Part shown: in pieces, positions 61,109 through 64,000 of the stretch
Numbering within the stretch: the first letter of the stretch is position 1
Layout of the letters: each line of letters starts with the position of its first letter
Virus record (IMG/VR): IMGVR_UViG_2724679206_000002
Coordinates: 1 to 64,000 of that record
Strand: one strand, 5' to 3'
Length of the DNA: 64,000 bases
Source: a virus
Lineage: Duplodnaviria; Caudoviricetes
The notes under the pieces: generated by a model
Seen by the model: only the letters and a program-made list of their open reading frames with translations
What the model was told of the DNA's origin: nothing
Database searches by the model: none
Program-made: the position numbers and the translations under genes

Positions 61109-61728
61109 TGAGTATTGATCAATCGCAACAAATTGCGCAAACATATTCATGGCTGCGGGCCATGTCCGGCGGTAAGTTGTCAGTGGATCAAGTTATAGCT
61201 GGTGATCAGATTATTGCTACAAGTGGTTTAAGCACTTTTGCACAATCAATCGGATTTGTATTGCCTTCATCTGTGGCCACAGGTCAATGGGATATCTCAG
61301 ATAAAGGGTATGCATTAATTCGTGAACTTGAAGGTTTTAAAGCTGACGCATATTTGGACACCGGTGGCGTTTGGACAATTGGTTTTGGTACCATCAAATA
61401 TCCCGATGGAACGCGGGTACGAAAAGGAGATGTTTGCACACGCGGGCAAGCTGAAGTATGGCTTAAAAATGACAGTGCATGGGTAGATACTTGCTTAGAT
61501 CGAACTGTTAAAACAAAAATAACTCAAACCCAATTTGATGCTTTGGCCAGCTTTGTTTACAACATTGGTGAAACAGCATTTGTAAAAAGCACTATGCTGA
61601 CTCTAATCAATCAAAATAATTTAACTGGTGCTGCAAACCAGTTTGATCGATGGGTATTTGATAATGGAAAGCGGGTGCAGGGCCTTGTTAATCGTCGCCT
61701 TAAAGAAAAGTCGCTATTCTTATCGTGA
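61108..61728 (+). CDS. Endolysin, GH24 phage lysozyme
   Basis: EG....YLDTGGVWTIGFGT E-D-T triad, FDALASFVYNIG, GLVNRR..E..LF. Confidence 0.93.
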   Translation: MSIDQSQQIAQTYSWLRAMSGGKLSVDQVIAGDQIIATSGLSTFAQSIGFVLPSSVATGQWDISDKGYALIRELEGFKADAYLDTGGVWTIGFGTIKYPDGTRVRKGDVCTRGQAEVWLKNDSAWVDTCLDRTVKTKITQTQFDALASFVYNIGETAFVKSTMLTLINQNNLTGAANQFDRWVFDNGKRVQGLVNRRLKEKSLFLS

Positions 61729-61742
61729 TCAAAGCTATGGTG

Positions 61743-61770
61743 CTGTGTAGCCTGATTACAGGCTACACAG
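61743..61770. terminator. Hairpin between convergent lysozyme and NRPS genes
   Basis: CTGTGTAGCCTG-ATTA-CAGGCTACACAG. Confidence 0.7.
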
Positions 61771-61798
61771 TCCACTTTTTGAAAAAATAATTTAGAAA

Positions 61799-64000
61799 TT
61801 ATGTTTTCATTATATTACTGGGAATAAAATTGCTCTCAATCCAATACTTAAGATATTTATGTAAAATTTCTTGATTTAAAGTTGGGGATTCTAAATTATT
61901 ACCTAAAGCTTTTTTGACATTATCCGTGCGATAAGTAGGCATATTTTCATAAACCTCCCAACGGGTCATTGAGCCATAGACAGGTTCTTTAAGCATAGGC
62001 AATAATGGCAGAAGTGGGTTGCTGTTCAAGTCACCAGATTTTTCTAAAATATTTATCCATTCTTGATACTGAACTAGCTCTAAGTTATAGCCATATTTAA
62101 GAAGATATCCGTGTAATTCAATTAAATTAATCGAATCATCAGGATTTAAAGGCACAAAATTATAACACTGCTGATAACACATTTTTTTTGCGATATTCAA
62201 TAAGCAACTACTTACATAATCTACTGCAATAAACTCTTTTTTCTGCTTCTCTAATTTAGGAAATACTCCTATTTCGATACAGCCTTTTAAAAATCTTGCT
62301 ACGAAGTCTTTTTCATTACCAATACCATTTTTACTATCTCCCATGATAAAACCAGGGCGATAGATATTAATCGGAAGGCCTTCATCTTGCGCTCTGATCA
62401 TTATTTTTTCTGCAACCCATTGGCTTTGAGAATAACCTGTATCGTATCTTAAGCAATCGAGATGCTTATCCAAAGGTTCATTTTCACTTAAATCACTCAC
62501 TTTATTGAAAAAGCCAGTAGGTCCAAATGCAGCAATGCTTGAAGTATAATGTAAAGGTTTAACTCTATGATTAATTGAAAATTCAATTATGTTTAAGGTA
62601 CCTGTCACGTTGGCAGGCTTATGCACTGAGTAGGGTTGTGTATAATTTACATGAGCTCCCAAATGAAAAATACATGATATATCCTCACTGAGTTTTTCGT
62701 ATTCAGTATGCGTTAAGCCAAATAAGTTTTGATCTAAAAAACCACAGATAACTTTAATTTTTTTTAAATATGTTTCATCCCATAGATTGTATTTTTTTTG
62801 GTTGAGAATAATTTTTTCCAGACCGTCTGATATGTTTTTAGCTCTTACTAAGCAATAAACTGCTTTAATTGAATCTTCTTTACATAGGTCATTTAAAAAG
62901 AAAGCACCTAAAAATCCAGTGCTGCCCGTAAGAAATACGTTGCCTTCATTTTCGGATAGCCAATTAATTTGGTGATAATTTTTTTCAAATAATGGTAATT
63001 CTAAATTTCCATCGTTTCTTAATATTTCTACAGTATTGTCTATTGAAACACTTTCTATTTTATTGATTTTAGATTCAATTAATAGCGCTAATTTAATGAG
63101 TGTAGGATTTTCATACAGTTCAATAATAGGGATTTGAACATAAAAATGTTTTTCAATATCTATTACTAATGTTGCGACATGCAATGAACTCCCACCTAAT
63201 TCAAAGAAGTCATCATACTGATCTATTGATGAGTAATTAAGCAATTCAATCCAAAGTTTTCTCAATTTTTTTATAATATGGTTTTCATCACTTGTATCAA
63301 TTTTTTTATTTATATCTGACATTTCAAAAAGCTTTCTTTTATCAGCCTTGCCATTTGAATTTAATGCAATATATGGAACTAAAGAAATCCTAGGGAGCAT
63401 ATAATTTGGAAGAATTTTCCCTAATTTATCTTTTAGATCAAATAATGAAAATTCTTTTTTTAGAATAACATAGGCCATAATATAGGGTTCATGATGTATC
63501 TCAATAGGTTTGATGATATCTACAACTACCGATTCAACAAGCTTACTATGCAAAATTTCTTGCTCTATCTCCTCAAGATTTATACGATGTCCTCTAATTT
63601 TAATTTGATTATCTTTGCGTCCAAAGCATTCGAGAAAGTCATTGTTATTAATCCTTCCTAAATCCCCGGTACGGTAGATTTTTTGCTCAATGCCATTGAT
63701 GGTTATTGTGATAAATTTTTCCAAATTTTCTGTATCATTATTAGCATAACTTCTAGATACACCATCACCTGCTATCCCAATTTCTCCCATATCCCCCTTA
63801 TGCACGATTTCCATTTGATTGTTTAGGATGAATATATCTGTATTCGCAATTGGCCTTCCAATATCTATATTTTTATTATGATTTAAATATTCCAAAGTGA
63901 TATGCCTTGTACTTGCATAAGTTGTACATTCAGTTGGACCATATCCATTTCTTAAATTTTCTACGTTAGAATGAATTAATACTTGCTTCATAGCATAGGC
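61799..64000 (-). CDS. NRPS-like protein (adenylation, thiolation, terminal reductase), 5' end beyond the window
   Basis: YGPTECT, YRTGDLG, QIKIRGHRI, LNSNGK; FFELGGSSL carrier Ser; LTGSTGFLG reductase; frame open to window edge. Confidence 0.9.
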   Translation of the reverse strand, partial: AYAMKQVLIHSNVENLRNGYGPTECTTYASTRHITLEYLNHNKNIDIGRPIANTDIFILNNQMEIVHKGDMGEIGIAGDGVSRSYANNDTENLEKFITITINGIEQKIYRTGDLGRINNNDFLECFGRKDNQIKIRGHRINLEEIEQEILHSKLVESVVVDIIKPIEIHHEPYIMAYVILKKEFSLFDLKDKLGKILPNYMLPRISLVPYIALNSNGKADKRKLFEMSDINKKIDTSDENHIIKKLRKLWIELLNYSSIDQYDDFFELGGSSLHVATLVIDIEKHFYVQIPIIELYENPTLIKLALLIESKINKIESVSIDNTVEILRNDGNLELPLFEKNYHQINWLSENEGNVFLTGSTGFLGAFFLNDLCKEDSIKAVYCLVRAKNISDGLEKIILNQKKYNLWDETYLKKIKVICGFLDQNLFGLTHTEYEKLSEDISCIFHLGAHVNYTQPYSVHKPANVTGTLNIIEFSINHRVKPLHYTSSIAAFGPTGFFNKVSDLSENEPLDKHLDCLRYDTGYSQSQWVAEKIMIRAQDEGLPINIYRPGFIMGDSKNGIGNEKDFVARFLKGCIEIGVFPKLEKQKKEFIAVDYVSSCLLNIAKKMCYQQCYNFVPLNPDDSINLIELHGYLLKYGYNLELVQYQEWINILEKSGDLNSNPLLPLLPMLKEPVYGSMTRWEVYENMPTYRTDNVKKALGNNLESPTLNQEILHKYLKYWIESNFIPSNIMKT

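Noticed and set aside
61729-61798. attR between lysozyme and NRPS
   Set aside because: No direct repeat matching the left end (1-205) could be seen; the core may lie outside the window

Overview
The window is almost entirely one apparently intact temperate prophage, about 61.7 kb long, whose sequence style suggests an Acinetobacter/Moraxellaceae host (inference). The left third is lambdoid: tyrosine integrase, Xis, ERF recombinase, OL/OR operators, CI/Cro/CII, a replication initiator with iterons, a Q-like regulator with a pR'-type promoter, and a tRNA-fMet. The right two thirds encode a P1-like contractile-tailed virion: tape measure, baseplate, head protease, intein-containing TerL, capsid, sheath, tube, portal, DarA/DdrB-like head proteins, holin and lysozyme. 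Cargo comprises an AT-rich three-gene PD-(D/E)xK locus in the rexAB position, YefM-YoeB, a lipase, a 7-alpha-HSDH-like SDR, an oleate hydratase and a Tad1-like sponge. A partial A-T-R NRPS-like gene lies at the right edge. Three patterns go beyond gene annotation. (1) Eighteen copies of a fixed-spacing late-promoter motif (YTGGAAY-N28/29-xAxxxT), most fused to a hairpin covering the downstream ribosome-binding region. (2) An F-D-S tripeptide concentrated in head proteins and sitting at the domain borders of a polyvalent protein. (3) A separately promoted, catalytically degenerate copy of the terminase nuclease domain. All protein assignments come from motif recognition only; no database search was run.
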